Shown here: positions 8,716 through 18,955 of the stretch, in pieces
Layout: the number at the start of each line of letters is the position of its first letter
How positions within the stretch are numbered: position 1 is the first letter of the stretch
Source of the DNA: Bacteroidia bacterium
GTDB lineage: Bacteria > Bacteroidota > Bacteroidia > NS11-12g > UBA955
DNA: 64,000 bases
NCBI GenBank assembly: GCA_040403495.1
Contig: JBBAKM010000007.1
Coordinates: 486 to 64,485, forward strand
Reading direction: 5' to 3'
The notes under the pieces: model-generated
What the model was told of the DNA's origin: nothing
The model's input: the letters and a program-made list of their open reading frames with translations, nothing else
The model's database searches: none
Position numbers and translations under genes: made by a program

Positions 8716-10155
8716 TTATTGTGCCTTATTTTTTAAGAAATTAACAAAAGTATGAGGATTTATTAACCTCAATAGAATAGATAAAAGGACAGAAAGGATG
8801 GCAAATAGACCCAAGCTTAGTACAGTATTACCAATTGCTTTTACAAAAAAGAAGACCCCAAACAGACAAATCACAAAAAGGATGTAACGCATTACTAGGT
8901 TGAATGATAACTTAAATTGGTATAAATGAAAACATCTAAACAAACATAAAAGAGCAAATACACTTTGTGTTACCAATGTTGCAACCGCTGCACCTATAAT
9001 ATTGTAGTTGGGGATAAGTATAAAGTTTAACAATAAATTAACCATTAAAGCGGTTGCTGCGAACAAAATCAGGTAATAAATATCCTTTTGAGCCGTTAAT
9101 AAAGTGCTAAAAACAAAGATTAACGCCATTGGAATAAAACTAAGCATGATTATTTTGAATGTTTGTGAAGAATATTGCCACACTGCGACATCTGCATAAT
9201 CATACATCATTTTCATAATCCTTTCGTTGTAAAACATGGAACCCAACCCCACAACAAGTGCTGTTAACAACAAAATAGTCGTTGCGGTTTTGGTTAATGG
9301 CTTAACATCCTCATTCTTAGCTAATAATTTGGCAAACATAGGGAGAAGCAATCCTGCAAAAAGCATAGCAAACATGGAGGAGGCATCCAAAAAGCGATAA
9401 CTCTGAGCGTACAATGAAGAGTAATAATTGGGATTATCAAGAAGAATATTCATCAGCACAACGTCCACACGAGTGTACAATCCCATTAAAGCAAACAAAA
9501 GAGCAAAAGGGAGGCTTTTTCTGATAAGTAACTTCACTTCAGTTGTATTGACCTTATAGGACATTGCTTCAATTTGAGCATAATATTTAATATTGTAAAG
9601 CAGGGCAATAAGTAATGTAACACACAATGCTAACAGTTGTGCCGATGCAAAATAATAAACATTAATCCATTGAAACCAATACAACAAGACACACAAAATA
9701 ATTCCAAAAAACTTATCACTCACTGACAAAAAACTATCAATCTTGTAATGATGAAGTCCGTTTATATTACTTCTAAAATACAATATAAAAGAAGTCACGA
9801 TTTGACTTGCTCCCACTATCATCAAAAGAGATACATTGACTTGTTTGGCCCATCCTAAAGAGAAAACAATAGCAAAATATATAAAAGATAAAATCAGTTT
9901 GAGACCAACCAATGTTTTTAGATTTTTTTTAAAAAACAATGGGTCAGATGCGACGTGAGTATTATTAAAACTTTGAATACCGATGTCTAGGAGAACCCCA
10001 AACACCAAAGACAAATTGAGAACAATATAGTATTCGCCGTATGCAGTCCCCAATAAATTGTTGGCCATTCTATCTATCAATAAAATCCAAACAGGTTTAA
10101 CAACCAAATTAAGACCTTGTAACAGAAATAAATTTTTTAGAAATAATGACCTCAT
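8716..10155 (-). CDS. Oligosaccharide flippase (Wzx / MOP-superfamily polysaccharide biosynthesis protein)
   Basis: 479 aa with roughly 12-14 TM helices. The N-terminal region matches Wzx/RfbX-type polysaccharide biosynthesis proteins. Confidence 0.6.
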   Translation of the reverse strand: MRSLFLKNLFLLQGLNLVVKPVWILLIDRMANNLLGTAYGEYYIVLNLSLVFGVLLDIGIQSFNNTHVASDPLFFKKNLKTLVGLKLILSFIYFAIVFSLGWAKQVNVSLLMIVGASQIVTSFILYFRSNINGLHHYKIDSFLSVSDKFFGIILCVLLYWFQWINVYYFASAQLLALCVTLLIALLYNIKYYAQIEAMSYKVNTTEVKLLIRKSLPFALLFALMGLYTRVDVVLMNILLDNPNYYSSLYAQSYRFLDASSMFAMLFAGLLLPMFAKLLAKNEDVKPLTKTATTILLLTALVVGLGSMFYNERIMKMMYDYADVAVWQYSSQTFKIIMLSFIPMALIFVFSTLLTAQKDIYYLILFAATALMVNLLLNFILIPNYNIIGAAVATLVTQSVFALLCLFRCFHLYQFKLSFNLVMRYILFVICLFGVFFFVKAIGNTVLSLGLFAILSVLLSILLRLINPHTFVNFLKNKAQ

Positions 10156-10325
10156 TAATTTTTACAAAAAAACAATAATTAATAGACATTTCAATGACAA
10201 ATTATTTAAGTACATTCATTGTAAGCATTCGATAAAACAAAGATTGATTTGATAATATCAAGGAAATATTTTGATAATTTAAAATTATCGACTACATTTG
10301 CCAATAAACAACATATAAAAATACC

Positions 10326-10511
10326 ATGGGAAGAGGAGATCAACGTACAAAAAAAGGTAAAATTACAGCTGGTACATACGGCGTAAGTAGACCTAGACCA
10401 GTTGCCAAAGCAACACCGTCTAAAGCTGAAGCAAAAGCTGCTGCACCAAAAACAGTAAAAGTAAAAGCAGAGCCAAAAGCAAAAGCGAAAGCTAAAAAAA
10501 CCAAAGATTAA
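10326..10511 (+). CDS. 30S ribosomal protein THX with a Lys/Ala-rich histone-H1-like C-terminal tail
   Basis: The N-terminus 'MGRGDQRTKKGKITAGTYGVSRPRP' matches the THX signature (GKGDxRTxxGKIxxGxYG). The remaining ~35 aa are AKA/KAK low-complexity sequence. Confidence 0.75.
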   Translation: MGRGDQRTKKGKITAGTYGVSRPRPVAKATPSKAEAKAAAPKTVKVKAEPKAKAKAKKTKD

Positions 10512-10536
10512 TTTAAAGAACAAGCAACTATTAAAA

Positions 10537-10583
10537 AATGCTAAATTGGCTTCTATAAGATAGACCAATTTAGCATTTTTTTA
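10537..10583 (+). terminator. Rho-independent terminator after the THX gene
   Basis: A perfect 13-bp inverted repeat, aatgctaaattgg ... ccaatttagcatt, is followed by a T-run (tttttttatt). Confidence 0.8.
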
Positions 10584-10592
10584 TTCATATAC

Positions 10593-11621
10593 ATGACCAC
10601 ACAAGATACCATCGAAGAAGAAGACATAGACCTATACGAACACCATCGATTTATTGCAGACAAGGGACAAACCCCTATGCGCTTAGATAAGTTCGTAACA
10701 ATGAGAATTGAAAATGCAACCAGAACGCGTGTTCAAAAAGGCATTGACCTTGGCAGTATTTTAGTTAATGACCGCCCTTCTAAAAGCAATTATGCGATTA
10801 AACCCCATGATATTGTTACTGTTGTTCTTCCTAATCCTCCGCGTAACCCCGAACTAATTCCCGAAAACATCCCGATAAACATCGTTTACGAAGACGATGA
10901 ATTGTTGTTGGTTAACAAAAATGCAGGTTTAGTGGTACACCCAGGTTTTAATAATTACTCAGGAACTTTAATCAATGCCTTGGTTTATCATTTCCAAAAC
11001 CTACCTGCTTTCTCTTCGGATCAAAGGCCGGGACTAGTTCACCGTATTGACAAAGACACGAGTGGTTTATTAATTGTTGCCAAAACTGAGGATTCTATGG
11101 TTCACCTTGCAAAGCAATTTTTCGACCACAGCATCCAACGCATATACAAAGCCATCGTTTGGGGCGATTTGAAAAAAGACAGCGATACCATTGTTGGAAA
11201 TATCGGTAGAGATGTTCGCGACCGTAGACTTTCTGCAGTGTTTGCAGACCCAGCTATTGGCAAACATGCCGTTACTCATTACCGAGTTTTAGAAAGATTT
11301 GGATTTTGTACCCTAATAGAATGTCAGTTGGAAACTGGTCGAACACACCAAATTCGTGCACACATGAGACACATAGGTCATACGTTATTTGCTGATGATG
11401 CTTATGGCGGAAAAAAAGTAATGGTTCAAAGTAAAATGCCCAAGTTTGACACGTTTATCAACAATTGCTTTCAAATCCTGTCAAGACAAGCGTTGCATGC
11501 TCAAACGCTCGGTTTTATTCATCCACAAACCAAAGAGTTTATGAATTTTGAGACAGAATTACCCGAAGACATGAGTCAGTTATTAGACAAGTTTAGAACA
11601 TATGTTCAGCAGAATTATTAA
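10593..11621 (+). CDS. rluD: RluA-family 23S rRNA pseudouridine synthase (RluD-like)
   Basis: 342 aa with an S4-like N-terminus and the catalytic motif 'HRIDKDTSGLLIVAKT'. Confidence 0.85.
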   Translation: MTTQDTIEEEDIDLYEHHRFIADKGQTPMRLDKFVTMRIENATRTRVQKGIDLGSILVNDRPSKSNYAIKPHDIVTVVLPNPPRNPELIPENIPINIVYEDDELLLVNKNAGLVVHPGFNNYSGTLINALVYHFQNLPAFSSDQRPGLVHRIDKDTSGLLIVAKTEDSMVHLAKQFFDHSIQRIYKAIVWGDLKKDSDTIVGNIGRDVRDRRLSAVFADPAIGKHAVTHYRVLERFGFCTLIECQLETGRTHQIRAHMRHIGHTLFADDAYGGKKVMVQSKMPKFDTFINNCFQILSRQALHAQTLGFIHPQTKEFMNFETELPEDMSQLLDKFRTYVQQNY

Positions 11622-12859
11622 TTAGAAAGCACCAATTCTCGCAGCATAGCAAGGGCCATATTACTCGACCTTCCTATTACATTACTTCTGTCACCTATAA
11701 AGTGAAAGGTTTGCACTATGGTTTTTTGTGCCGATGACACCCCTATAACTACTGTACCAACTGGTTTTTCCTCACTGCCCCCACCCGGACCAGCAATCCC
11801 TGACACGGCAATTGAAAAATCTGTTTGTAATCTTTCCCTCACACCATTTGCCATTTGTTCTACAACAGGTTCACTAACCGCTCCTACAGTTTCAAACAAA
11901 ATGGACTCAACGCCTAATTGATGGTGTTTTACTGAATTACTATAACTTACCACAGACCCTACAAAAAACTGAGAAGCGCCTGACAATTGGGTTAACTGTT
12001 GAGAAATAAATCCTCCTGTACAACTCTCAGCAATACTCAAGGTATAATGGTTTTTGATAAGCAATTGTGAAACTATTTCAGGAAAGGTTAAATCATTTTC
12101 TGCAATTACCCCTTCTTTTATAATCTCCTTTATTTTGTTTGCATATATTTCAATTTCATCTACAATAGAGCCATCATGAGAACTAGCGCCGGTCAACCTC
12201 AATCTCACCACATTCAGATTAGGTAAGTATGCAAGCTTTATAGTTGGAGGCAATGACTCTTCCACCTCTTTAATTTTTAAAGCCAATAAAGATTCAGGAA
12301 TATTAAAGGTAACCATTGTTTTGTAATACAATGGAGACTGAGAAAATTTTTCCTTGATGAGTGGCAATGCTTTTAATTCAAAAATACGTTTCATTTCATA
12401 AGGCACGCCTGGTAAACTTATAATAACGGCGCCCTCTTTTTCGAACCACATTCCGGGAGCTGTTCCCCATTCATTGTATAGCGTTACACAAGATTCGGGC
12501 AATTCGGCTTGCATTACATTAATTTCGAGCATTTTACGACTTCTTTTTTCGAAAAAAAGCTCCAACTGCTGAACTACACCTTGGTCGATTCGCCAACCGG
12601 TATTGAAAAACTTAGCCAAAGTTTTTTTAGTAATGTCATCCTTAGTTGGCCCAAGACCTCCTGTTAAAATAATTAATTGAGACCTTTTTAAACTTTCGGC
12701 TAATTGGTGTATTATATCTTCTTCGGTGTCACTGATACATGTCTTACATTTAACTTCAATATTGTTCTTAAACAACAATTGCCCCAACCAAGCACTGTTT
12801 GTGTCAACCACTTGACCAAGCAGTAATTCATCCCCTATCGTTATTATTTCAGCTTTCAT
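11618..12859 (-). CDS. cinA: CinA-family competence/damage-inducible protein (nicotinamide-nucleotide amidohydrolase)
   Basis: 413 aa. The N-terminus 'MKAEIITIGDELLLGQVVDTNSAWL' is the MoCF-binding domain and a CinA C-terminal domain follows. It is convergent with rluD and overlaps it by 4 nt. Confidence 0.85.
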   Translation of the reverse strand: MKAEIITIGDELLLGQVVDTNSAWLGQLLFKNNIEVKCKTCISDTEEDIIHQLAESLKRSQLIILTGGLGPTKDDITKKTLAKFFNTGWRIDQGVVQQLELFFEKRSRKMLEINVMQAELPESCVTLYNEWGTAPGMWFEKEGAVIISLPGVPYEMKRIFELKALPLIKEKFSQSPLYYKTMVTFNIPESLLALKIKEVEESLPPTIKLAYLPNLNVVRLRLTGASSHDGSIVDEIEIYANKIKEIIKEGVIAENDLTFPEIVSQLLIKNHYTLSIAESCTGGFISQQLTQLSGASQFFVGSVVSYSNSVKHHQLGVESILFETVGAVSEPVVEQMANGVRERLQTDFSIAVSGIAGPGGGSEEKPVGTVVIGVSSAQKTIVQTFHFIGDRSNVIGRSSNMALAMLRELVLSN

Positions 12860-12952
12860 TTCAATTGCAAATATTCATTAATTAATTCATTTAACAATTA
12901 ACTTAATTTGGGGAATTTGAATTAATGTCATAAATTTGTTTATCAAGATTGT

Positions 12953-14428
12953 ATGAGGCTAAGATTATTTGCATATTTAATATTTTTTGTTCAAATACAA
13001 TCTATTGATTTAAAGGCTCAATGTGATAAATCTGTTGTACCACCAACAACTATAAATACCATCTTCATCACTCACAATTACACAGGCGATGTCACTTTTT
13101 ATACCTCAGCATTTAGTTCTAATTGTGTTACAGGCACTGTCACTACCCCTCCTAATTCTGTTTGGTTAGGAAGAAATGGCTCATTTAAATACACCCTAAA
13201 TTTTAGTAAAAATGTCAATGATTTGGTTATTGTTATAACTGGAACAGGGCAAACAGCCAATGAAAACTTTATATTCACAACAAACAAAGGAAATCCAACA
13301 ATAACAAGTAGCAATAATTGCTTAACAAGGATTGTTGGAAATGTAATTTTAAGCGGTAGTCCAAATAACTCAGGAGCTTCAGCAAGTGCTAGAGGTGGTG
13401 GTGGTGGCATTTTTACAATTTCTAATAACACTGCATTTAACTCCCTCACAATTTCAGGAGATGGAGGTCAAAATGGTTCTTTATTAGCGTTATGTAGCAG
13501 TTCTGTCGTTGAAGTTGAAAAAAAATCTTACTTTACACAAACTATTTATCGCTGTCCCAATTCCCCATTTACATTTGGCAACAAAACATACCTATTACCA
13601 GGAAAATACATTGACACTTTAGTTAATTATTTAGATGATGATTCCATAGTTACCACTCATTTATTTCATCATCCTAGCTATGAACAAAATATATACAAAA
13701 CAATTTGCGAAGGAGACACGTTTAAAACCGGCTTAAACCTATACACGCAAGAAGGTGTCTATAACCAAAATTTTTTAAGTAGATTTGGATGTGACTCTAT
13801 TGTTAAACTCAACTTAAAAGTAAGCCCCAAATCAACAGAAAACATAGAATTTACAATTTGTGATGGGGATACATTATTGTTAAACAACAAAGTCTATTTA
13901 AATGAAGGATTATTTCAAGATACTTTATTAAATTTCAGAGGTTGTGACTCTTTACTAAACATTGCAATTAATCAGATTGAAAAATCATACTACACATACA
14001 ATTACTTCATCTGTCCCGAGGATACCGTTATTCACAACAATCAAATTTTCACAGATATAGGAGAAACAATTGAAATATTAAAATCATACCGAAATTGCGA
14101 TTCCATAGTAAGTGTAAAAGTACAATTATTACCCAAGCTAAACGAGTGTAAAGATGCCACTTTTTTCATTCCAACAGCATTTAGTCCAAATAGTGACGGA
14201 CACAATGATGTATTTAAAATAGAAGGTGAACACATTAAAGAAATAGAAATGATGATTTTTAACCGTTGGGGCGAAATATTATTCCAAAAAACAGACCAAT
14301 CGGCCCAATGGGATGGATATTATCAACAAGAAATTTGTCAAGATGGATTGTACTTTTATCAAGTAAAAATAAAAGCCAATAACCTCAAAATCTACTACAA
14401 AAACGGCACAATTCATTTGATAAAATAA
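12953..14428 (+). CDS. Secreted protein with a T9SS type-B (CHU_C / gliding-motility-associated) C-terminal sorting domain
   Basis: 491 aa with an N-terminal signal peptide. The C-terminal ~90 aa, 'FFIPTAFSPNSDGHNDVFKIEGEHIKEIEMMIFNRWGEILFQ...GLYFYQV', is the type-B CTD signature. Confidence 0.75.
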   Translation: MRLRLFAYLIFFVQIQSIDLKAQCDKSVVPPTTINTIFITHNYTGDVTFYTSAFSSNCVTGTVTTPPNSVWLGRNGSFKYTLNFSKNVNDLVIVITGTGQTANENFIFTTNKGNPTITSSNNCLTRIVGNVILSGSPNNSGASASARGGGGGIFTISNNTAFNSLTISGDGGQNGSLLALCSSSVVEVEKKSYFTQTIYRCPNSPFTFGNKTYLLPGKYIDTLVNYLDDDSIVTTHLFHHPSYEQNIYKTICEGDTFKTGLNLYTQEGVYNQNFLSRFGCDSIVKLNLKVSPKSTENIEFTICDGDTLLLNNKVYLNEGLFQDTLLNFRGCDSLLNIAINQIEKSYYTYNYFICPEDTVIHNNQIFTDIGETIEILKSYRNCDSIVSVKVQLLPKLNECKDATFFIPTAFSPNSDGHNDVFKIEGEHIKEIEMMIFNRWGEILFQKTDQSAQWDGYYQQEICQDGLYFYQVKIKANNLKIYYKNGTIHLIK

Positions 14429-14549
14429 GTTGCTTAATAGTAAAAATAGGTTCAAATAAAGCAAACAAAAGACAGGCTAGAAACTTGCTCTTTTTTATCA
14501 ACAATTCTATAAAATTAATCTCAAAACCTTAATTTTACGGAATCAAATT

Positions 14550-17500
14550 ATGCCCGAATTCGTCCATTTACACAACCACACTCAATACTCTTTGTTAGAC
14601 GGAGCTGCCTCTATCAGCAAACTCTATAAAAAAGCGGTTCAAGACAATCAGAAAGCAATTGCAATTACCGACCACGGCAATATGTTTGGGGCTTTCCAGT
14701 TTGTGGCAGAAGCAACTAAATATAACAAAAATGGAGAAGTTATTAAACCAATTGTTGGATGTGAGTTTTATGTTTCAGAAGATAGATTTAGAAAAAATTT
14801 TACCAAAGACGACAAAGATGTAAGATACCACCAATTGCTTTTGGCTAAAAATGCAACTGGATATAAAAACATATCAAAACTGTGTTCATTGGGTTATTTG
14901 GAAGGGATGTATGGCAAATATCCAAGAATCGATAAAGCCCTAATTGCTGAATATCACGAGGGATTGATTGCCACTTCTTGCTGTTTGGGGGCTATTATTC
15001 CAAGAACCATCCTTAAAAAAGGTGAAGCTGCCGCAGAAGAAGAATTAAAATGGTGGTTGGATGTTTTTGGAGAAGATTTTTACATTGAAATACAAAGACA
15101 TCAGTTGAACGATGAAATTATCGTAAACGATACGTTGATGAAGTTTGCCAACAAATACCAAATTAAAGTTATAGCAACCAATGATTCCCATTATGTTGAT
15201 GAGGCTGATGCCAATGCTCATGATATATTGTTGTGTATAAACACCAACGAAAAACTAAACACTCCCAAAATTATAGACTACGGGGATGAGGAAACAAGTA
15301 CAAAAGGACGACGATTTGCTTTCCCTAACGACCAATTTTATTTTAAAACCCAAGCACAAATGAATGTGCTGTTTAGCGATATCCCCGAGTCGCTCGACAA
15401 TACTTTAGAAATAGTTTCAAAAATAGAAACGCTCGACTTAAAAAAGGAAATTCTACTTCCTAACTTCCCAATTCCTGACTCCTTTAAAACCCATACCACT
15501 TCGCTCAAAATTGACGAAAAAACCACGCTTGAGCCTGATGTGCTAAACCAATGGGAATATCTAAAAGACTTGACTTTTAAAGGCGCCAAAAAAAGATATA
15601 CTGATATTACTCCCGAAGTGGAAGAACGATTGACTTTTGAACTCGACATTATCCGAAAAATGGGGTTTGCTGGATATTTCCTTATCGTTTCGGATTTCAT
15701 TAGAGCAGGAAAAGATTTGGGCGTTATCGTTGGCCCGGGACGTGGTTCTGCTGCAGGAAGTGCCGTTGCTTATTGCATTGGAATTACCAGTATTGACCCC
15801 ATTAAGTACGACTTACTATTTGAGCGTTTCCTGAATCCCGACCGTAAATCAATGCCCGATATAGATACCGATTTTGATGACGAGGGAAGACAAAAAGTAA
15901 TAGATTATGTGGTTGAAAAATACGGCAAATCGCAAGTTGCTCAAATTGTTACTTATGGTAAAATGGCAGCAAAAATGAGTGTCAAAGATGTGGCTCGTGT
16001 TATGGATTTCTCGATGGAAGAATCCAACCATTTAACCAAATTGTTTCCAACCAAACCAATTGGTATTACCCTTAAACAAATTTTACATGCTAAAATTGAG
16101 GGTGCCGAAGAGGTTATAGAAAACGAAGACCCTGATGCTGAAGGAGATACTGCAGAGATAGAAAACAAAGACACTATCGTTATTCGTAGAGAGGAGGTAC
16201 AAGGCATAATGCAACTTCGAGAGTATTACAATGACAAGCAAAACACCAATGGAGAAGTGTTGCGACAAGCTGAATTACTCGAGGGTTCTGTAAGAAACAC
16301 AGGAGTACACGCTGCGGGTATCATCATTGCCCCAAAAGATTTAAAGGAAATTCTACCCGTTGCTATTTCAAAAGATTCTGAGTTATACCTAACCCAATAC
16401 GATGGAAAAGTGGTAGAAGATGCCGGTGTTATTAAAATGGACTTTTTGGGACTTAAAACCCTATCTATTCTAAAAACAGCGGTTGATATTATCAAAATGA
16501 ACAGGGGCATAGAAATAGATATAGAAACGCTCCCACTTGATGATGAACTAACATATCAACTGTACCAAAAAGGCGAAACCAATAGTACTTTTCAGTTTGA
16601 AAGTGTGGGGATGCAGAAATACTTGAGAGAATTAAAACCCGATAAATTCGAAGATTTAATTGCTATGAACGCCTTATACAGGCCGGGACCAATGGAGTAC
16701 ATTCCTTTGTATATTAAAAGGAAACACGGTTTGGAAGAGATTAACTACGACATCCCTGAGCTCGAAGACCATCTCAAAGACACTTATGGTATTACTGTTT
16801 ACCAAGAGCAGGTGATGCTTCTGAGTCAGTCCTTGGCAGGATTTTCAAAAGGGAAAGCTGACATATTGAGAAAAGCAATGGGTAAAAAGAACCTCAATGA
16901 CTTAATGAAATTGAAGGATGATTTTATGAAGGGTATCAAAGAAAGAAACTTAGATGCCAACCGTTGTGAAAAAATTTGGAAAGATTGGGAATCCTTCGCC
17001 TCTTATGCTTTTAACAAATCACACTCAACTTGTTATGCTTTTGTAGCCTATCAAACGGGTTATCTGAAAGCGCATTATCCTGCTGAATTTATGGCATCGG
17101 TTCTTTCAAACAACACGAATAACCTTGAAAAACTAAGCTTTCACATGGAAGAATGCAAACGAATGGGCGTTCCTGTGTTAGGTCCTGATGTGAATGAGAG
17201 TCACATTCAATTTACAGTAAATTCAAAGGGTGAAATCCGTTTTGGTTTATGCGCAATTAAAGGAGTAGGTGATGGACCAGCCTTTAATATCATAGAAGAA
17301 AGAGAGAAAAATGGACCTTATAAAAGTATATTTGATTTAACTTCACGTTGCAATTTGCGAAATGTCAATAAAAAAACATTAGAGTCATTGGTAAAGGCAG
17401 GTGCTTTTGATTTTGACCCAACCTACCACAAAGCTCAATACATAACTGAAATGGGAGGTACTACAGGATTAGAAACCGCTTTGAAATATGGAATCAATTT

Positions 17501-18257
17501 TCAGGCTTTACAAAACAGCAATCAAAGCTCATTGTTTGGGGACAAAAGCGACAGTACTATCAATTTACCTCTTTTACCAAAAGTAGAGCCTTTTACCATT
17601 ATTCAAGAATGTGAACTTGAAAAAGAAATGGTTGGCATATACATTAAAATGCACCCATTGGATACCTTTAAACTTGAATACGAAACCATTGTTAACACCA
17701 AATTGCATGAATTAAATGATTTAGGACCTCTTGAAAACAAACCATCCATAGCTGTAGCAGGTGTTATTTTAGAAGAAAACACTTTCACTTCAAAAAAGAA
17801 TCAAAAGTTCAACAAATTCAAACTACAAGATTATGATGGTCAGTATGATTTTTATTTGTCAGGAGAAACTTTGGACAACTTTGGAAAATATATCAATAAA
17901 GGGGAATTTGTATTAATCAATTGCACCGTAACAAAAAGTAAATACGCTACTAGTCCCGATGCTAAATTGTATTTGAATATTATTTCTATCAAACGAATGG
18001 AATATCTTAAAAAAGATTGGTTTAAATCCCTGTTGATAAATCTGGTTGTCAATAAATTGAGTCATCAGACTATTGAAGATTTACAAGCAATAATAGAAAA
18101 ATTCCCAGGCGACAAACCCCTTGAATTTAATCTCATCGATACTCAGAAAAAATACAAGATAAATACCTATAGCAATGACAAGAAAATTGAGATTTGCGAA
18201 GAACTTATTTTTGAGCTTAAAAAAATCGATGTAGATTATACCATATTAAAAAATTAG
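14550..18257 (+). CDS. dnaE: DNA polymerase III subunit alpha
   Basis: 1235 aa. The PHP-domain N-terminus 'FVHLHNHTQYSLLDGA' is present, followed by the polymerase core, (HhH)2 and OB-fold regions. Confidence 0.95.
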   Translation: MPEFVHLHNHTQYSLLDGAASISKLYKKAVQDNQKAIAITDHGNMFGAFQFVAEATKYNKNGEVIKPIVGCEFYVSEDRFRKNFTKDDKDVRYHQLLLAKNATGYKNISKLCSLGYLEGMYGKYPRIDKALIAEYHEGLIATSCCLGAIIPRTILKKGEAAAEEELKWWLDVFGEDFYIEIQRHQLNDEIIVNDTLMKFANKYQIKVIATNDSHYVDEADANAHDILLCINTNEKLNTPKIIDYGDEETSTKGRRFAFPNDQFYFKTQAQMNVLFSDIPESLDNTLEIVSKIETLDLKKEILLPNFPIPDSFKTHTTSLKIDEKTTLEPDVLNQWEYLKDLTFKGAKKRYTDITPEVEERLTFELDIIRKMGFAGYFLIVSDFIRAGKDLGVIVGPGRGSAAGSAVAYCIGITSIDPIKYDLLFERFLNPDRKSMPDIDTDFDDEGRQKVIDYVVEKYGKSQVAQIVTYGKMAAKMSVKDVARVMDFSMEESNHLTKLFPTKPIGITLKQILHAKIEGAEEVIENEDPDAEGDTAEIENKDTIVIRREEVQGIMQLREYYNDKQNTNGEVLRQAELLEGSVRNTGVHAAGIIIAPKDLKEILPVAISKDSELYLTQYDGKVVEDAGVIKMDFLGLKTLSILKTAVDIIKMNRGIEIDIETLPLDDELTYQLYQKGETNSTFQFESVGMQKYLRELKPDKFEDLIAMNALYRPGPMEYIPLYIKRKHGLEEINYDIPELEDHLKDTYGITVYQEQVMLLSQSLAGFSKGKADILRKAMGKKNLNDLMKLKDDFMKGIKERNLDANRCEKIWKDWESFASYAFNKSHSTCYAFVAYQTGYLKAHYPAEFMASVLSNNTNNLEKLSFHMEECKRMGVPVLGPDVNESHIQFTVNSKGEIRFGLCAIKGVGDGPAFNIIEEREKNGPYKSIFDLTSRCNLRNVNKKTLESLVKAGAFDFDPTYHKAQYITEMGGTTGLETALKYGINFQALQNSNQSSLFGDKSDSTINLPLLPKVEPFTIIQECELEKEMVGIYIKMHPLDTFKLEYETIVNTKLHELNDLGPLENKPSIAVAGVILEENTFTSKKNQKFNKFKLQDYDGQYDFYLSGETLDNFGKYINKGEFVLINCTVTKSKYATSPDAKLYLNIISIKRMEYLKKDWFKSLLINLVVNKLSHQTIEDLQAIIEKFPGDKPLEFNLIDTQKKYKINTYSNDKKIEICEELIFELKKIDVDYTILKN

Positions 18258-18272
18258 ATTTAATTTGCAGTC

Positions 18273-18926
18273 ATGTTAAGTAAAGAGCAAATAGCACAGA
18301 GAATAGCCATGGAATTGAAAGATGGTTATTATGTTAATTTGGGAATTGGAATTCCTACATTGGTTGCCAATTACATTCCGGCAGGTGTAGATGTTGTTTT
18401 ACAATCCGAAAATGGATTGCTTGGCATGGGGCCATTTCCATTTGAGGGCGAAGAAGATGCAGACTTAATAAACGCAGGAAAGCAAACTATTACAACCGTG
18501 AATGGTTCTGCATTTTTCGACAGTGCCATGAGTTTTGGAATGATTAGAGCAGGAAAAGTCGATTTAACTGTATTGGGTGCTATGGAAGTCAATGACAAGG
18601 GTGATATTGCCAATTGGAAAATACCCGGAAAAATGGTCAAAGGAATGGGTGGTGCTATGGACTTAGTGGCAAGTGCCAAAAACATCATTGTAGCGATGCA
18701 GCATGTCAACAAAGCTGGAGAATCAAAACTGCTTAAAGAGTGCAGTCTTCCTATTACGGGATTGGCTTGCGTAAAAAAGATAGTAACCGAATTAGGCGTT
18801 TTTAATATCAACGAAAATGGTTTTGAATTGATAGAGAAAGCCGCAGATGTTTCGGTTGAATACATCAAAGAAAAAACAGAAGGAAGATTGACTGTAAGTA
18901 GTGAACTTAAAGACATTACTTTTTAA
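18273..18926 (+). CDS. scoB: 3-oxoacid CoA-transferase, subunit B-like
   Basis: 217 aa containing 'MGGAMDLVASAKN', the glutamate-CoA thioester region of CoA-transferase family I B subunits. No subunit A is adjacent. Confidence 0.75.
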   Translation: MLSKEQIAQRIAMELKDGYYVNLGIGIPTLVANYIPAGVDVVLQSENGLLGMGPFPFEGEEDADLINAGKQTITTVNGSAFFDSAMSFGMIRAGKVDLTVLGAMEVNDKGDIANWKIPGKMVKGMGGAMDLVASAKNIIVAMQHVNKAGESKLLKECSLPITGLACVKKIVTELGVFNINENGFELIEKAADVSVEYIKEKTEGRLTVSSELKDITF

Positions 18927-18955
18927 TTGAATACAACACATAAAGAACTTATATA

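Noticed and set aside
10206-10568. 120-aa minus-strand ORF opposite the THX gene
   Set aside because: It is the antisense reading of the Lys/Ala-rich THX tail (Phe/Cys-rich low complexity) and runs through the terminator. It is spurious.
13099-13449. 116-aa minus-strand ORF with a poly-Pro stretch
   Set aside because: It is the antisense of the GGGGG-containing region of the T9SS type-B protein and is a shadow ORF.
15338-16510. Several 60-120-aa ORFs on both strands inside dnaE
   Set aside because: They are embedded in a 1235-aa, motif-supported dnaE frame and are shadow ORFs. The same applies to the small ORFs inside pyrB, pyrR, cinA, sprA, truA, lpxK and the dipeptidase genes.
18371-18916. 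181-aa minus-strand ORF inside scoB
   Set aside because: It is fully embedded antisense to a well-supported CoA-transferase gene and is a shadow ORF.
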